Assembly (NCBI GenBank): GCA_963799845.1
Contig: CAWCYI010000006.1
Location: 928,001 to 992,000, forward strand
Source: an uncultured Nitrososphaerota archaeon
GTDB taxonomy: Archaea > Thermoproteota > Nitrososphaeria > Nitrososphaerales > CADDZS01
Length of the DNA stretch: 64,000 bases
Direction: 5' to 3'
Position numbers and translations under genes: made by a program. The notes under the pieces were generated by a model. That model was not told the origin of the DNA, ran no database searches, and was given only the letters and a program-made list of their open reading frames with translations. Below are positions 10,500-21,470 of this stretch, one piece after another (position 1 is the first letter of the stretch; every line of letters begins with the position of its first letter).

Positions 10500-12185
10500 A
10501 TGAATGCCGCACAACTCCTAGTGCGATGTTTGGAAAATGAGGGTGTCAAGTACGTCTTTGGAATACCCGGTGAGGAAAATATTCACATGGTCGATGCTTT
10601 CAATGGTTCGTCCATTCGTTTTATTCTAGTTCGTCACGAGCAAGCCGCTTCTTTCATGGCTGATATTTACGGCAGACTCACGGGACATGCTGCAGTGTGC
10701 ATTGCAACGTTAGGACCTGGAGCGCTCAATCTAGTGCTCGGCACGGCAGATGCGAACACTGACAGTGTTCCGCTCGTTGCAATAAGCGCGCAGGTAGGAC
10801 TGAATCGTATCTACAAAGAATCTCACCAAAGCGTTGACTTGGTAAGCCTGTTCAAACCGCTCACAAAGTGGTCTGACCTGATCCGATCAGCAGAGGCTAT
10901 TCCAGAGATGGTGCGCAGTGCCTTCAAGCAGGCCCAGACAGAACGACCTGGAGCTGTGTATCTGTCTCTCCCTGAGGATGTCGAAGCCCTCCCAGCCCCT
11001 GAAGGATCCCACCCGCTCGAGATCAATGTCGTTCGCGACTCCTCCCCATCGGCTTCCCAAATAGAGAGAGCCGCCAAGGTTCTAGGAGGTGCAAAAAGAC
11101 CAATCGTACTGGCTGGACATGGGGCTGTCCGTGATCATGCAAGTGAAGCACTTACACGCTTCTCTGAGCGTCTTGGAATACCTGTGGCAACGACCTTTAT
11201 GGGAAAGGGCGTTTTTCCAGACAATCAGCCAAATTCTCTGGGGGCCGCAGGATTCATGCGCCATGATTACGTGAATTTTGCATTCGATCAGGCTGACGTG
11301 ATTCTATGCGTCGGCTACGATCTGCAGGAATTCGATCCCGAGAGCATCAATCCAAAAGGGGACAAAGAAATTCTTCACATACATCGTTATCCAGCGGGAG
11401 TCGACGCTCATTATCATGTCGCCGTCGGTATACAAGGCAGCATTTCAGAGTCACTTGACATTCTTTCTCAACAAGTTAGGGCAACGACTGGATTGAATAC
11501 AACAGATATCAAGATTCGCAGCCTCCTTCGTGAAGAGCTAGACAAAGGAAGAAAAGACGACTCTTATCCGGTCAAGCCCCAACGAATCGTAGCAGACATC
11601 AGAGCAGCAATGGGCGAAGAAGATATCGTACTTGTTGATACGGGGGCTATCAAGATGTGGATGGCTCGTCTTTACCCCACTTACCGGCCGAACACATGTC
11701 TTATTTCCAATGGTCTCGCAACCATGGCCTTTTCGTTCCCAGGCGCAATTAGTGCGAAGCTTGCATTCCCTGATCGTAAAGTCCTGGCGGCGTCTGGTGA
11801 CGCTGGATTCCTCATGAACTCGCAGGAACTCGAGACAGCGATACGCGAAAAAATTCCTGTTGTAGTGTTGGTATGGGAAGACAGGAGCTATGGGCTGATC
11901 AAGTGGAAAATGGATCTTGAGTTAGGCCATCATTCGCTAGTTGACTTTGGTAACCCAGACTTCGTAAAGTTAGCCGAAAGCTACGGCGCCAATGGATACG
12001 CAATAAAACGAACAGAAGATTTGCTCCCCACTCTGCAAACAGCCCTTGTGGATAACACCGTCTCCGTAATCGCTTGTCCCGTTGATTATTCAGAAAATCT
12101 GGAGCTGACTGAGACGCTGGGAAAACTGGCGCCTCACTCTCTAGACATCGAGGGTTATTGCGAAAATGCGAGAAGTGGGATTTGA
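10500..12185 (+). CDS. Acetolactate synthase large subunit-like ThDP enzyme
   Basis: VFGIPGEEN, RHEQAASFMA, TLGPGALN, GDAGFLMNSQEL. Confidence 0.92.
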   Translation: MNAAQLLVRCLENEGVKYVFGIPGEENIHMVDAFNGSSIRFILVRHEQAASFMADIYGRLTGHAAVCIATLGPGALNLVLGTADANTDSVPLVAISAQVGLNRIYKESHQSVDLVSLFKPLTKWSDLIRSAEAIPEMVRSAFKQAQTERPGAVYLSLPEDVEALPAPEGSHPLEINVVRDSSPSASQIERAAKVLGGAKRPIVLAGHGAVRDHASEALTRFSERLGIPVATTFMGKGVFPDNQPNSLGAAGFMRHDYVNFAFDQADVILCVGYDLQEFDPESINPKGDKEILHIHRYPAGVDAHYHVAVGIQGSISESLDILSQQVRATTGLNTTDIKIRSLLREELDKGRKDDSYPVKPQRIVADIRAAMGEEDIVLVDTGAIKMWMARLYPTYRPNTCLISNGLATMAFSFPGAISAKLAFPDRKVLAASGDAGFLMNSQELETAIREKIPVVVLVWEDRSYGLIKWKMDLELGHHSLVDFGNPDFVKLAESYGANGYAIKRTEDLLPTLQTALVDNTVSVIACPVDYSENLELTETLGKLAPHSLDIEGYCENARSGI

Positions 12186-12206
12186 ACCCCAATTTACTAG
12201 TAAAAA
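12167..12206 (+). repeat. tRNA-like/TTTACTAGTAAA repeat
   Basis: TGCGAGAAGTGGGATTTGAACCCCAATTTACTAGTAAAAA. Confidence 0.85.
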
Positions 12207-12353
12207 TCACTTCGAGATGTATAGCGATGTTGGGCTAGGAACTTTTCACTTCGTAAAGTCTCCATCTTTAGGGCATTCCTTTCAAGGCGTGCACTCCTAA
12301 GTCCTTGAATTCCAGGCCGGACTCGCAAAAAAAAAGAATGAACCCACTTACTG

Positions 12354-12758
12354 TTACATATTTGCGCGATTCCCGCCAAAGGGGTCGTCGATTACAAAGC
12401 GCCAAGTTCCGTCAGGCTGCTTTCTAACCACTTCTAGAGTATTGATTAAGTTGCGCACTTCTTTCCCGGTTTTGGGATCCATATCGATGGATGTAATTTT
12501 CATTCGAGTTGTGGCTATCGTACCATCTCCACTCATCACGGTTTTGATATCGTGAATGATGAATTTTGATTTCGAAGCGATGCCCTTCTCATTTTGTTTG
12601 CGAATTGCATCCTTTCCTTTGAGGAGCTCATCTGGTCCCGCGAAAAGCACGGCATCGGGCTCGTAAAGAGCCACAGACGTTTCAATGTCACCCTTCTCTA
12701 TTGCTTCAACAATCAGACGATCACAGTCCTCTGGTTTGTTTGCCGGGATAAATTTCAT
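12354..12758 (-). CDS. SnoaL/NTF2-like (YybH-type) protein
   Basis: GDIETSVALYEPDAV...EVVRKQPDGTWRFVIDDP. Confidence 0.85.
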   Translation of the reverse strand: MKFIPANKPEDCDRLIVEAIEKGDIETSVALYEPDAVLFAGPDELLKGKDAIRKQNEKGIASKSKFIIHDIKTVMSGDGTIATTRMKITSIDMDPKTGKEVRNLINTLEVVRKQPDGTWRFVIDDPFGGNRANM

Positions 12759-12972
12759 GGCTTTCCTTCGATTTCGGCTTCGCTAAAAGAGTTAGCAAAA
12801 GCCCTTTAATTGTCCAGAACCGTCCCCGACGAAAACATCCCAATTAGGGATATCCGACCACTCGATTGCTAAAAATATTCGAGTGGCAGGACCCAACGGT
12901 TTTCTCAGTTTACCGGAGCTGCTGTCTGCACCTGCGGAGTTGTGGCTCTCGCTTTTGATTGCGGGGCAGAGG

Positions 12973-14577
12973 CTACTCGGGCGGAATCTCAGAGAATATC
13001 GTCCTAAGTGTGGTACCTGCCTTGTGAGCATTGTACCTGCCCCAGGCGAGTATCAGCAGGGCGATGAGGATGATTACCCCAACCTCCGCGTATGCATCAC
13101 CGAGGCTCGCTCCGAGGTAGGTTCCGCTCACCAGGGGCGATGTCTCGGAGATGACGTATATCGCAAATCCCGCCGCTCCCACGAAGCCAGCTACCGACAT
13201 CAACCAAGCGCCCTTCATTGATCCGTAGAGTCTTTTGTAGAGGCTGGGCCTTATGATCGGAAACAGGCCAGCAGCGAGGAGTGGCATGCCGAGCCCTATG
13301 GGGATCATGGTGGATGAATTCAGGATAGATGCAATCGCACCATATTCCCAGTATACTGTCAAGTACGCCCCAGAGAGCACACCGATGAGAATCGTCGCGA
13401 CGTGCGGCGAATGGAACCTGTCGCTCACATTCGCGAAGCTCTTCGGGAGAATCCTGTCCATGGAGGCCGCAAAGACCATTCGCGAGGAGAAAATAACGAG
13501 TCCCGTTGAGTTGATCATCCATCCCAGGAACAAGCCTATTCCAACTATCGCGCCGATGGCAGGGTCTTGCAGTGACAGAAGGAAATTGGGGAAAGGATCA
13601 ACGGGGAACGCGGTAGGGTGGACCCCCGCAACGTAGGCGAGAGAATTGAGAAATTGCGTAGTGAAACTGCTATAGACGAGGAAGGTCAGGATTTCAAGCG
13701 CGACTATCGTGGTTACCCAGGACAGTATGTATGCTCTATAGATGCTCGTCTTGACGTTCCTCGTCTCCCCCGCAGCGTATGAGCTGAAGTTGAAACCGAC
13801 GTAGGTAAGGAATCCCCACGGAATAGCGGCCAGGAGTGTGTTGGGCAGGCTGAACGCGGTCGCGGAATAGCCACCTGCGGTTGTGGTGGATAACACACTC
13901 TGATATGTGGTGTTGGAGCCCACGAAGGACATCGCGCTGTTGAAGCTCGTCGCGACGTCGGGTCTTGATAGGATGCCGACGCCGATAGCGAACAAGGTCA
14001 CAACGAGAAGGTACATGGGCACACTGATTCTGCAGAAGATGGAGTACGCCCGTATCCCTAGCAGGGCAATCAGTATTATCACAATAAGCACGACGAAGGA
14101 GAGCGGAAAGCCCCAGGCGGTTGAGGCGAGGTTCGTGGCCAGGCTCGTGAGACTGGCGCTCTTGATTGCCGCTCCCACGCCAAAGAACGACGGCCCAAGC
14201 CCTATGACGAACTGGTCCCAGAGGTTAAAGACATTGTAATAGACCAGAGCACCGATGAGGAACACGACCTGAATCGTGCCATAAATCGGACCCACGATAC
14301 GCGTCGACCAAACATAGTCTCCACCGCTTCGGGACATCCCTGCGCTGAGCTTCCCGTAGACATACGCCATGCACAGCGGAGGTATCCCACCCAAGGCGAA
14401 AACGGCGTACAGATTGGCGCCCGGGAAGAAGTAGGGCGCGAAGAGGACGGTCGTTACGAATCCGTTGATGATTAGGACGATCCCCTGCGAGATGAGTAAA
14501 TGGTCTCTAAAACCGAGTTCCCGCACCAGGCCCGTGGCATCCCTGGCGAAGACCTTCGTCTGAGTTGGTTGTGCCAA
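12973..14577 (-). CDS. APC-family amino acid permease (archaeal type)
   Basis: VFARDATGLVRE, MSRSGGDYVW, DRILPK..VSDRFHSP; about 12 TM helices. Confidence 0.9.
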   Translation of the reverse strand: MAQPTQTKVFARDATGLVRELGFRDHLLISQGIVLIINGFVTTVLFAPYFFPGANLYAVFALGGIPPLCMAYVYGKLSAGMSRSGGDYVWSTRIVGPIYGTIQVVFLIGALVYYNVFNLWDQFVIGLGPSFFGVGAAIKSASLTSLATNLASTAWGFPLSFVVLIVIILIALLGIRAYSIFCRISVPMYLLVVTLFAIGVGILSRPDVATSFNSAMSFVGSNTTYQSVLSTTTAGGYSATAFSLPNTLLAAIPWGFLTYVGFNFSSYAAGETRNVKTSIYRAYILSWVTTIVALEILTFLVYSSFTTQFLNSLAYVAGVHPTAFPVDPFPNFLLSLQDPAIGAIVGIGLFLGWMINSTGLVIFSSRMVFAASMDRILPKSFANVSDRFHSPHVATILIGVLSGAYLTVYWEYGAIASILNSSTMIPIGLGMPLLAAGLFPIIRPSLYKRLYGSMKGAWLMSVAGFVGAAGFAIYVISETSPLVSGTYLGASLGDAYAEVGVIILIALLILAWGRYNAHKAGTTLRTIFSEIPPE

Positions 14578-15152
14578 CTGGATAGCTCGAGTAGCGCGAA
14601 AGAGCCAGCTCGATAAAAGCCTTGTGGCCGATTGTAATTGTTAACTGGCCCGACCCTAAGTGTGCACTCCGTAAAAGCACCAATATCATACTAGAAATCT
14701 TTTCTAGCTTTCCGCGGCCTTAGAAGTGGTTTCTCTTTTGACTAGTTACTATGCGGCTTGAGCTGGGCTTCTGCTTCGCATTGATTAACACTTGCTGTCA
14801 CCGATATCTTGGCAACACATTGACGACACACTGAAATTCTAGCAAAGAACAGTGAAAGAGTCGGAACACTACGTCTGGTCGGTCTGAAATCGACCACGCG
14901 GCAATACAACATTGACGCCCTGCTTATTTCACGGTCATAGGAACGTCTATTTCCGCACCTTGATCATCTACTGCTCATCAGTCCGCGATGTTGCATGAGT
15001 CAGCGAGGATCCTCCTCAAGCCCTGATAGTTGGATCTGACCAAAAGTGCTAGTCTTCCACGTATTCAATAATAAGACTGCACCAATGGAAAATTCTCATT
15101 TATAGGGGCGAAACAGTCCCTTTGACGATAATAATCAGGCGTGATTAACAAG

Positions 15153-16318
15153 ATGAAGATCAGCGATGTCAGAACAATTCTTGCAGGAGGAACAGCTGGA
15201 CGAAACTGGCTTTTCGTCAAAGTTGAAACCTCTGACGGATTGGTTGGATACGGGGAATCTACACTTGAGAGTAGAGAACAAACAACTGAGACAGCTATTT
15301 TGGAATTAAAGCGATATCTTATTGGCAAAGATGCCACTGAAATCGAAAGACACTGGCAGGCCATGTATAGGGGGTCCTTTTGGCGCGGGGGCCTGTTCTA
15401 TGCAGCGCAATTTCGGGAGTGGACCAATGCCTATGGGATCTCTTGGGCAAAAGCTTAGGATGCCCCGTTTTCAAATTACTCGGGGGCCCTTGTCGTGACA
15501 AGGTCAAAACATACACTCATGTCGCAGGACTTACTCCCGAAGATCTGGCGGAAAATGCAAAACGGATGGTGAATAAAGGATTCAAGGCCCTGAAACTTCT
15601 GACAGACGGAGCCAACAGCTACGACATCATCTCAATCCCCAACAAAGTTGAGGTCATGGAACGCAGGCCTATCAAGCAAACTTTAGCTCGAGTGGAAGCA
15701 GTAAGAAATGCTGTTGGCGAGGGAGTTGATATAATGCTCGATGCACATGGAAGACTGGATCCGGCTACTGCCTCCATTCTCGCTTCTGAACTTGAGCCGT
15801 ATGATTTGCTATTCTTGGAAGAACCCGTTCCTCCTGACAGCCTTGGTGCTCTTCAACGCGTTGCGGAAAAAAGTAAAGTGCCTATCGCTGCTGGGGAAAG
15901 GTCCTACACCAAATTTGGATTCTGGGACCTCATCCAAAGTAGAGCTGTGGACGTCATCCAACCTGATTTATGCCACGCAGGTGGAATTACCGAATGCAAG
16001 AAAATTGCCTCTGTCGCTGAATGCAACTATATTTCAGTCTCACCCCACAACCCTAATAGCCCATTAGCAACTGCCGTTTCGCTTCATCTGGACTTTAGTA
16101 CGCCTAATTTTCTTATTCAAGAAATGATTCCGAACGAAATTGGCGCTCGAAAGGGCGTGCTAAAGAAACAACTGGAATTTGAGGATGGTTACTTGAAATT
16201 ACCAATGGGACCAGGATTCGGGGTAGAGCTAGATGAAGACTCTCTCTGGAATTATCCGTTTAAAGGGGAAGATCTTCCTCATGTATCTTATGATGATGGC
16301 TCGGTTGCCGATTGGTGA
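15153..16318 (+). CDS. Galactonate dehydratase-like enolase-superfamily enzyme, frameshift near 15390
   Basis: NWLFVKVET, FWRGG, DAHGR, EEP, GER, QPDLCHAGGI, PHNP. Confidence 0.85.
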
Positions 16319-16524
16319 TTATGACTTGAGTTCAATCAACAATACACGATTGAACTTGACTTAAGAGCTCGCTAGCCTGGCACCGCTGAAATTGAGTCTC
16401 AGAGTGACACTAACTGACAACTTAGAAACGAGTCCACTCGTAAGTGGAACAATGATTCTCATATCCTTGGTGATAAGGTACTTTTTGAAATAATTCCAAA
16501 GGAGGAGAATATATCGCCATCGAC

Positions 16525-16606
16525 TTCACTAGTAAAATCCACTTGCAGAATAATTCAGTGCGCGGAAAGTGGGATTTGAACTGCATTTTACTAGCGAGCC
16601 CTAACC
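16525..16606 (+). repeat. Tandem repeat unit (two palindromic cores plus tRNA-like segment)
   Basis: ACTAGTAAAATC...TGCGCGGAAAGTGGGATTTGAACTGCATTTTACTAGCGAG. Confidence 0.8.
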
Positions 16607-16811
16607 ACAACTTCCTCCCCCCCACTCATCCATCCGTACATACGTCCGAGCTCATCTGAGCGACAACTATCCCCTGAGCGACTGTAAGTGAGAACTCTCG
16701 GTCTTTTCTTGTTAAATGAAAATAGTTTTCTTTTCGTTGGGAATGTATGGACTCGCGATGAGAATAAAAGTGGTATACGATTTCGTGTGGACTGATCGCG
16801 TTAAGAAAAAT

Positions 16812-17321
16812 ATGAAGTCAGAGCTCGATTCTATCCGCGAATGGTACGAATACAATTCGTTTGTGAGAAAGAAATACTTGCGACTTATTTTCAGCGAAAA
16901 AGTCCCCGAGGCAGAGAGGTACAGGAATAGGGGAGCTTCATATCCCTCCATTGTGGACATATTCGTTCATGTATTGGATGCTTACAGATGGTGGTTTGTC
17001 TATGTCTACAATAACCGGACGTCGGACGCGACGACGATGAGCGAGCAAAAGAAGTATACCGAGCTCGAGGTGGTCGACGACGAACGAAAGATCGACTCTT
17101 TGGTCATAGATATTGTGAGATCGATGACACCGACGGATCTGGAAAGAGTCCTCTCGGTTCATGAGGCACCTGATCAAACCTGGAGCATCAAGCTTCGGGA
17201 AATTCTCATGCACATGGTCGAGGAAGGACTACAGCACAGGGGGGAAATGAACGCGTTGCTGTGGCAGATAAACGTCGAGCCTCCTATCACTGAATTGCAA
17301 GATTATCTGAGGCAGCGCTAA
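16812..17321 (+). CDS. DinB/YfiT-family metalloprotein
   Basis: SIVDIFVHVLDAYRWW...ILMHMVEEGLQHRGE. Confidence 0.85.
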   Translation: MKSELDSIREWYEYNSFVRKKYLRLIFSEKVPEAERYRNRGASYPSIVDIFVHVLDAYRWWFVYVYNNRTSDATTMSEQKKYTELEVVDDERKIDSLVIDIVRSMTPTDLERVLSVHEAPDQTWSIKLREILMHMVEEGLQHRGEMNALLWQINVEPPITELQDYLRQR

Positions 17322-17381
17322 CAGATACGCGACCACAGTTTTGGAGGCTGACGGGCGAAATGCGGTGAGCTGAGCTTCATG

Positions 17382-17412
17382 GGTTTGGGCTCGCTAGTAA
17401 ATCCCGAGTGCG
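17382..17412 (-). repeat. Inverted partner of 16587-16606
   Basis: GGTTTGGGCTCGCTAGTAAA matches the reverse complement of TTTACTAGCGAGCCCTAACC at 19/20 positions. Confidence 0.8.
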
Positions 17413-17592
17413 AGATCAATTCTTTGTGGGACGATCTTTAGCCATAGCCGAGAACTCCAATACTGGCTCTACGTCACAGGTTCAGTGACTTGCTAAAGAA
17501 CTATCGCTTTGACTTTTGCTGAAGCTGATTGAAAGTAATCGAAGTTTGCGTTAAGAGAATTCCTTGAATATCAGTATGAGTATGATCCTTAC

Positions 17593-18034
17593 TATGAAGG
17601 AACGAGCTCGGAGAAGCAATTCTGGTTCGGCACTTCCAATAGTTCACACCAGAAATCTGGAGCAACCTCCATGGTGTTACTTGCTTTGGGGAGTACCTGC
17701 GCTTCTTGTGTTTGTCAGTTCATACGCATACGGTCACGCTTTTCTCACGGTAACTGAGGCAGGTATATTCTGGACTATCTCCGTAACATGGATTGGAATA
17801 GGGTGTTTTCTCAATGGTAGGTCTTGCGGCAGAGTCCATTGTCTGATCGATGGGATCGGATTTCCTGCGCTTGCTGTTATTGGTGCGTTTGGAGTTCTTT
17901 CAGTGCTAGCAATAAATTGGAGTCTGTTCTGGCTTGCATTCCTTGCGATCCTCGCTGCAAGTTTTGGCGCAGAGTTTGTCTGGGGAAGATATTCTACTAA
18001 GGTCTGGAATCAACATGCAGATCAAATGCGCTGA
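17593..18034 (+). CDS. Membrane protein with a CxxNxRxCGRxHC motif, possibly metal handling (start uncertain)
   Basis: 4 TM segments; GCFLNGRSCGRVHC. Confidence 0.65.
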
Positions 18035-18056
18035 TTGTAACTGTCTTCCCACCGAG

Positions 18057-18219
18057 TGCGGGATGTGGGACCCCCGCACGAATTTACTAGTAAAAATGCA
18101 AACCCTCTGTAATCCTGCAAAACCAGAAGTCGGGCAGGAAACGGGATTTGTGCGCGAAGTTTACGAGCAAATCACGAGTACGTGAATGTGGGATTTGGGC
18201 ACGAATTTACTGGTAAAAA
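18057..18219 (+). repeat. Three tandem copies of the repeat
   Basis: Copies at 18057-18096, ~18133-18172 (degenerate) and 18179-18219. Confidence 0.85.
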
Positions 18220-18402
18220 GTGATAGCAAAAATGTTGGGATCTTTCGGGATTCATCGAAGCGCTTATGACGATGAACATGGGGATTAGGTCCTTGTTGCT
18301 CTGCCTGCCTATATGGCTCTAGGCTTTCAACGCTTTTGTTTATTTTCTACCCTTTCGTTGAATAGGGTTTAACCATCAGAACCCCGTCCTCCAGAATTGC
18401 AG

Positions 18403-18573
18403 ATGGCTTCCAAATTAGGCGCAGATTGCCCCTGTGGCTTCTCCTTCGCAACTCCACACGGCGAAGACGAAGCGATAGCCGTGGTACAGGAACATGTTCG
18501 GCGTATCCATTCGAAGGACTACCCCAACGGCCTCAGCAGGGACGAAGCAAAGAGCGAACTAAAGAGCAAGTAG
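18403..18573 (+). CDS. DUF1059-like small metal-binding protein (56 aa, not in the ORF track)
   Basis: MASKLGADCPCGFSFATPHGEDEAIAVVQEHVRRIH...; TTTAA box about 30 nt upstream. Confidence 0.7.
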   Translation: MASKLGADCPCGFSFATPHGEDEAIAVVQEHVRRIHSKDYPNGLSRDEAKSELKSK

Positions 18574-18933
18574 CACAGGGGCCCACTGGCGGCAGGAGAA
18601 ATCTGTCTCATTTTCCTGTCGCGGTCCCCCTACCCCCTTTTTTTTCTCTTCAGGGCAATAATGCTCGCAACATGAAATAATGTCCTCTCGAAAATTGGCA
18701 GACCGCCGCTCAGTCAGCTTCAATTATTCCCACTCCAGAGTTTTCTCTAGGGAGCGTAATGGCCATGGTCCCACGCCTTTTTGCTCTCATCGCGTTTCTC
18801 ACAATCATGTCAAGGATTGCCCGAAGAAGTTCAATCTGAAACAATATGCAAGGGAGTCCAAGGCCCCAGCTTGAGTGTTCGGAGCCGAGATTTGATTCTT
18901 TTCAATAGCTTAGTCGCATTAGTGAATTCCATC

Positions 18934-18967
18934 TGCGGGATGGGGGGATTCGAACACGAATTTACTT
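18934..18967 (+). repeat. Repeat copy
   Basis: TGCGGGATGGGGGGATTCGAACACGAATTTACTT. Confidence 0.75.
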
Positions 18968-19068
18968 GACGCGCATCAGTTGTTTGTAAAGTACCGTCGC
19001 CTAGACTGTATAGTGAAAGAAATTATCCTTTCCAATGAAGTAGTGGCGAGAGCGAAGTGCCTTATCCC

Positions 19069-19226
19069 TTACTAGTAAAATCAACTTTCAGAATGATCCC
19101 ACGCGCGGAATGTGGGACCCCCGCACGAATTTATTAGTAAAAATACATGTCAATTCACAGGATTTTTGAAAGATGAAACGTACAGATCAGGCGAGGTACG
19201 GGATTCGCGCACGTATTTACTAGTAA
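19069..19226 (+). repeat. Tandem repeat cluster
   Basis: Core at 19069-19080, copies at 19103-19143 and 19191-19226. Confidence 0.85.
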
Positions 19227-19310
19227 CACTAAGAAAAGCTCGGGGTTCTTTACTCGTGATGGTGCGAAAGAGATATTATCTGAGACACCATCGACCACAA
19301 TGAAAGAATT

Positions 19311-19502
19311 ATGGCAAAGTACGAGTGCTGCGGACTGATGTACGACAATTCGGAAATTCTGACGTCTCACATGAGAAAAGATCACAACGTTCCTGCTTTT
19401 GACGTCTCGCTGGCTTGCTGTGAGATGACCTTCGTCAATTCAAAGCAGTTGAGCGACCACATGAAGGGCACTCATCACATAGACATGGCCGTGGAGATAT
19501 AA
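19311..19502 (+). CDS. Double C2H2-like zinc-finger microprotein
   Basis: ECCG...HMRKDH and ACCE...HMKGTH. Confidence 0.75.
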   Translation: MAKYECCGLMYDNSEILTSHMRKDHNVPAFDVSLACCEMTFVNSKQLSDHMKGTHHIDMAVEI

Positions 19503-19514
19503 TCTCCGCTTCTA

Positions 19515-20285
19515 TTACCGGTGGGAAAGTTCTTCCTCTAATTTCGGCGGCCAGCGCGGAGAGGCCGCTTGCCACATCGAATTGAAAAGATCCAAGCACC
19601 ACTTTTGAAAGATCTGGTCATAACCAATAAAACCGGATCTCAAGTCCATCCGTCCTTCGGTATCCGGAAAAACCACTCCCGCCAGGCGTTCGTTTAAGGC
19701 AATTCCTACTTTCACTTCTTCGGCGAAGCGAAATTCCGGCCGGCCTCCCACAATTTCCCTGGCTCTTTGAACAGCTTCTGCGGTTGTAGATGCCGGCAAG
19801 AGGATTTTAACGAAGGTCTCCGAAGGTAGTTTCTTTGTATTGAACCAGGGAAGTGGTTCGTCGATGCTCCAGCAGAAATACTTCTCTGCAATGCCGAGCA
19901 GGTGCTGGCACTCCACAAGAACGTTTGTTACATGATCTTGAAATTTGCTTTCCGACAGCTGGCCGATCTGCATCAGGAGATCTTTGGGAAGAAATGAGAT
20001 GTCGTGGGTGAGGAAATACTTTCTGTATCGGGAAACGAAGCTAATAGAGGGCAATATATCGCTCGTCAGTTTTCCAAACGGGGTGAGACTGTAGGTTCCC
20101 CCAGAAGTCTTCTCGATGAGTTTGCAATCGGTCAAGCGAGTCAGATGCTTGGAAGTTTCCTGTACAGAAGAGCTCAAACGTGCGGCCAGGTCGGTGAGGC
20201 GTAAATCTTGCGATTTTATCTCGGAGAAGAGTTTCATTCGATCTTCGCTGGAAAGCGCGAAAAGCACCTCCTCCATTTCTTCCAT
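19515..20285 (-). CDS. ArsR-like wHTH regulator with an archaeal C-terminal domain
   Basis: LFALSSEDR..ETSKHLTRL..YSLTPFG; F..WC.DLF..MW. Confidence 0.85.
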   Translation of the reverse strand: MEEMEEVLFALSSEDRMKLFSEIKSQDLRLTDLAARLSSSVQETSKHLTRLTDCKLIEKTSGGTYSLTPFGKLTSDILPSISFVSRYRKYFLTHDISFLPKDLLMQIGQLSESKFQDHVTNVLVECQHLLGIAEKYFCWSIDEPLPWFNTKKLPSETFVKILLPASTTAEAVQRAREIVGGRPEFRFAEEVKVGIALNERLAGVVFPDTEGRMDLRSGFIGYDQIFQKWCLDLFNSMWQAASPRWPPKLEEELSHR

Positions 20286-20402
20286 TGATTGGATCTACCG
20301 GAATGAATTGGGAATTTTGTCTTTCAACGTTTTGGTTTAATTTCCCCTTTTTCGTTGAGGACAGTTTAACGTCACACCCGGAGCCTGTGCTATTGAAACA
20401 AA

Positions 20403-21462
20403 ATGGACTTGGATCAAGTCAAATTGAATGAATTCGTAGGAAAGTTCGTAGCCGACTTTGGTGCAGCGCTTCATGCGCCCACCATAATTCTCGGAGAAAA
20501 GTTGGGCCTCTACAAGGCAATGGCGGGAGCGGGAGAGCTCGAGTGCCCAAGAGCTGGCCTCTAAAACAGGCACCAGGGAGAGATACGTACAGGAGTGGCT
20601 CGCTTCTCAGGCGGCCGCAGGTTATGCAATGTACAACCCGAAGACGGGAAAATATTGGCTCACGCCAGAACAGGCATTTACTCTGGCAGATGACTCCAGC
20701 CCTGCGTATCTTCCGGGTGCCTTTTACATTGCTTCCGCCATTTTCCGGGACGAGCCCAAGGTTGTCGATGCGTTTAGGACAGGAAGAGGCCTAGGATGGC
20801 ATGAGCATGACGGATACCTGTTCCGTGGTACGGAGATGTTCTTCCGACCGGGATACGCTGCAAACTTGGTTCCGTCCTGGCTTCCCTCGCTCGAGGGCGT
20901 GGTAGCCAAGCTTGAGCGAGGCGCAAATGTAGCAGATATCGGTTGCGGGCACGGTGCATCGACGATCATCATGGCGCAAGCCTATCCTAATTCCTCATTT
21001 GTGGGCTACGATTATCACGAGCTCTCTATTCAAACCGCGAGGAAAATTGCAGAGAGGAAAGGGCTAGCGGACCGGATAAAGTTCGTGGTCGCAGACGCAA
21101 AAGCCTACCCTGGAGAGAATTTCGATCTTGTGACCGTTTTCGACGCGCTTCACGATATGGGAGACCCCACAGGAGCGGCAAGACATGTTTGCCAATCCTT
21201 GAACCCGGACGGAACGTGGATGATCGTGGAACCGATGGCGAACGAGTTGACTGCGGATAATCTGAATCCGGTGGGAAGGATCTTTTACAGCGCATCCACG
21301 ATGCTCTGCACTCCGGCCTCAATATCCCAAGAGGTAGGTCTCGCGTTGGGAGCTCAGGCGGGTGATTCTCAAATAGAGAAGGCAGTCAAAGCTGGCGGCT
21401 TTACCAGATTTAGGCGGGCCACTCAGACGCCGTTCAACCGGATCTTCGAGGCGCGCCCATAG
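20403..21462 (+). CDS. Rv2258c-like SAM-dependent methyltransferase, frameshift near 20540
   Basis: LGEKLGLYKAM...ERYVQEWL; VADIGCGHG, FDALHDMGDP. Confidence 0.88.
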
Positions 21463-21470
21463 AAAAGAGG

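Noticed and set aside
12167-12190. A tRNA gene
   Set aside because: Only the T-loop and acceptor 3' strand are present. There is no D arm, anticodon arm or 5' acceptor strand.
18057-19226. Repeat clusters as a CRISPR array
   Set aside because: The copies are degenerate and irregularly spaced, occur in both orientations across the window, and no cas genes are present.
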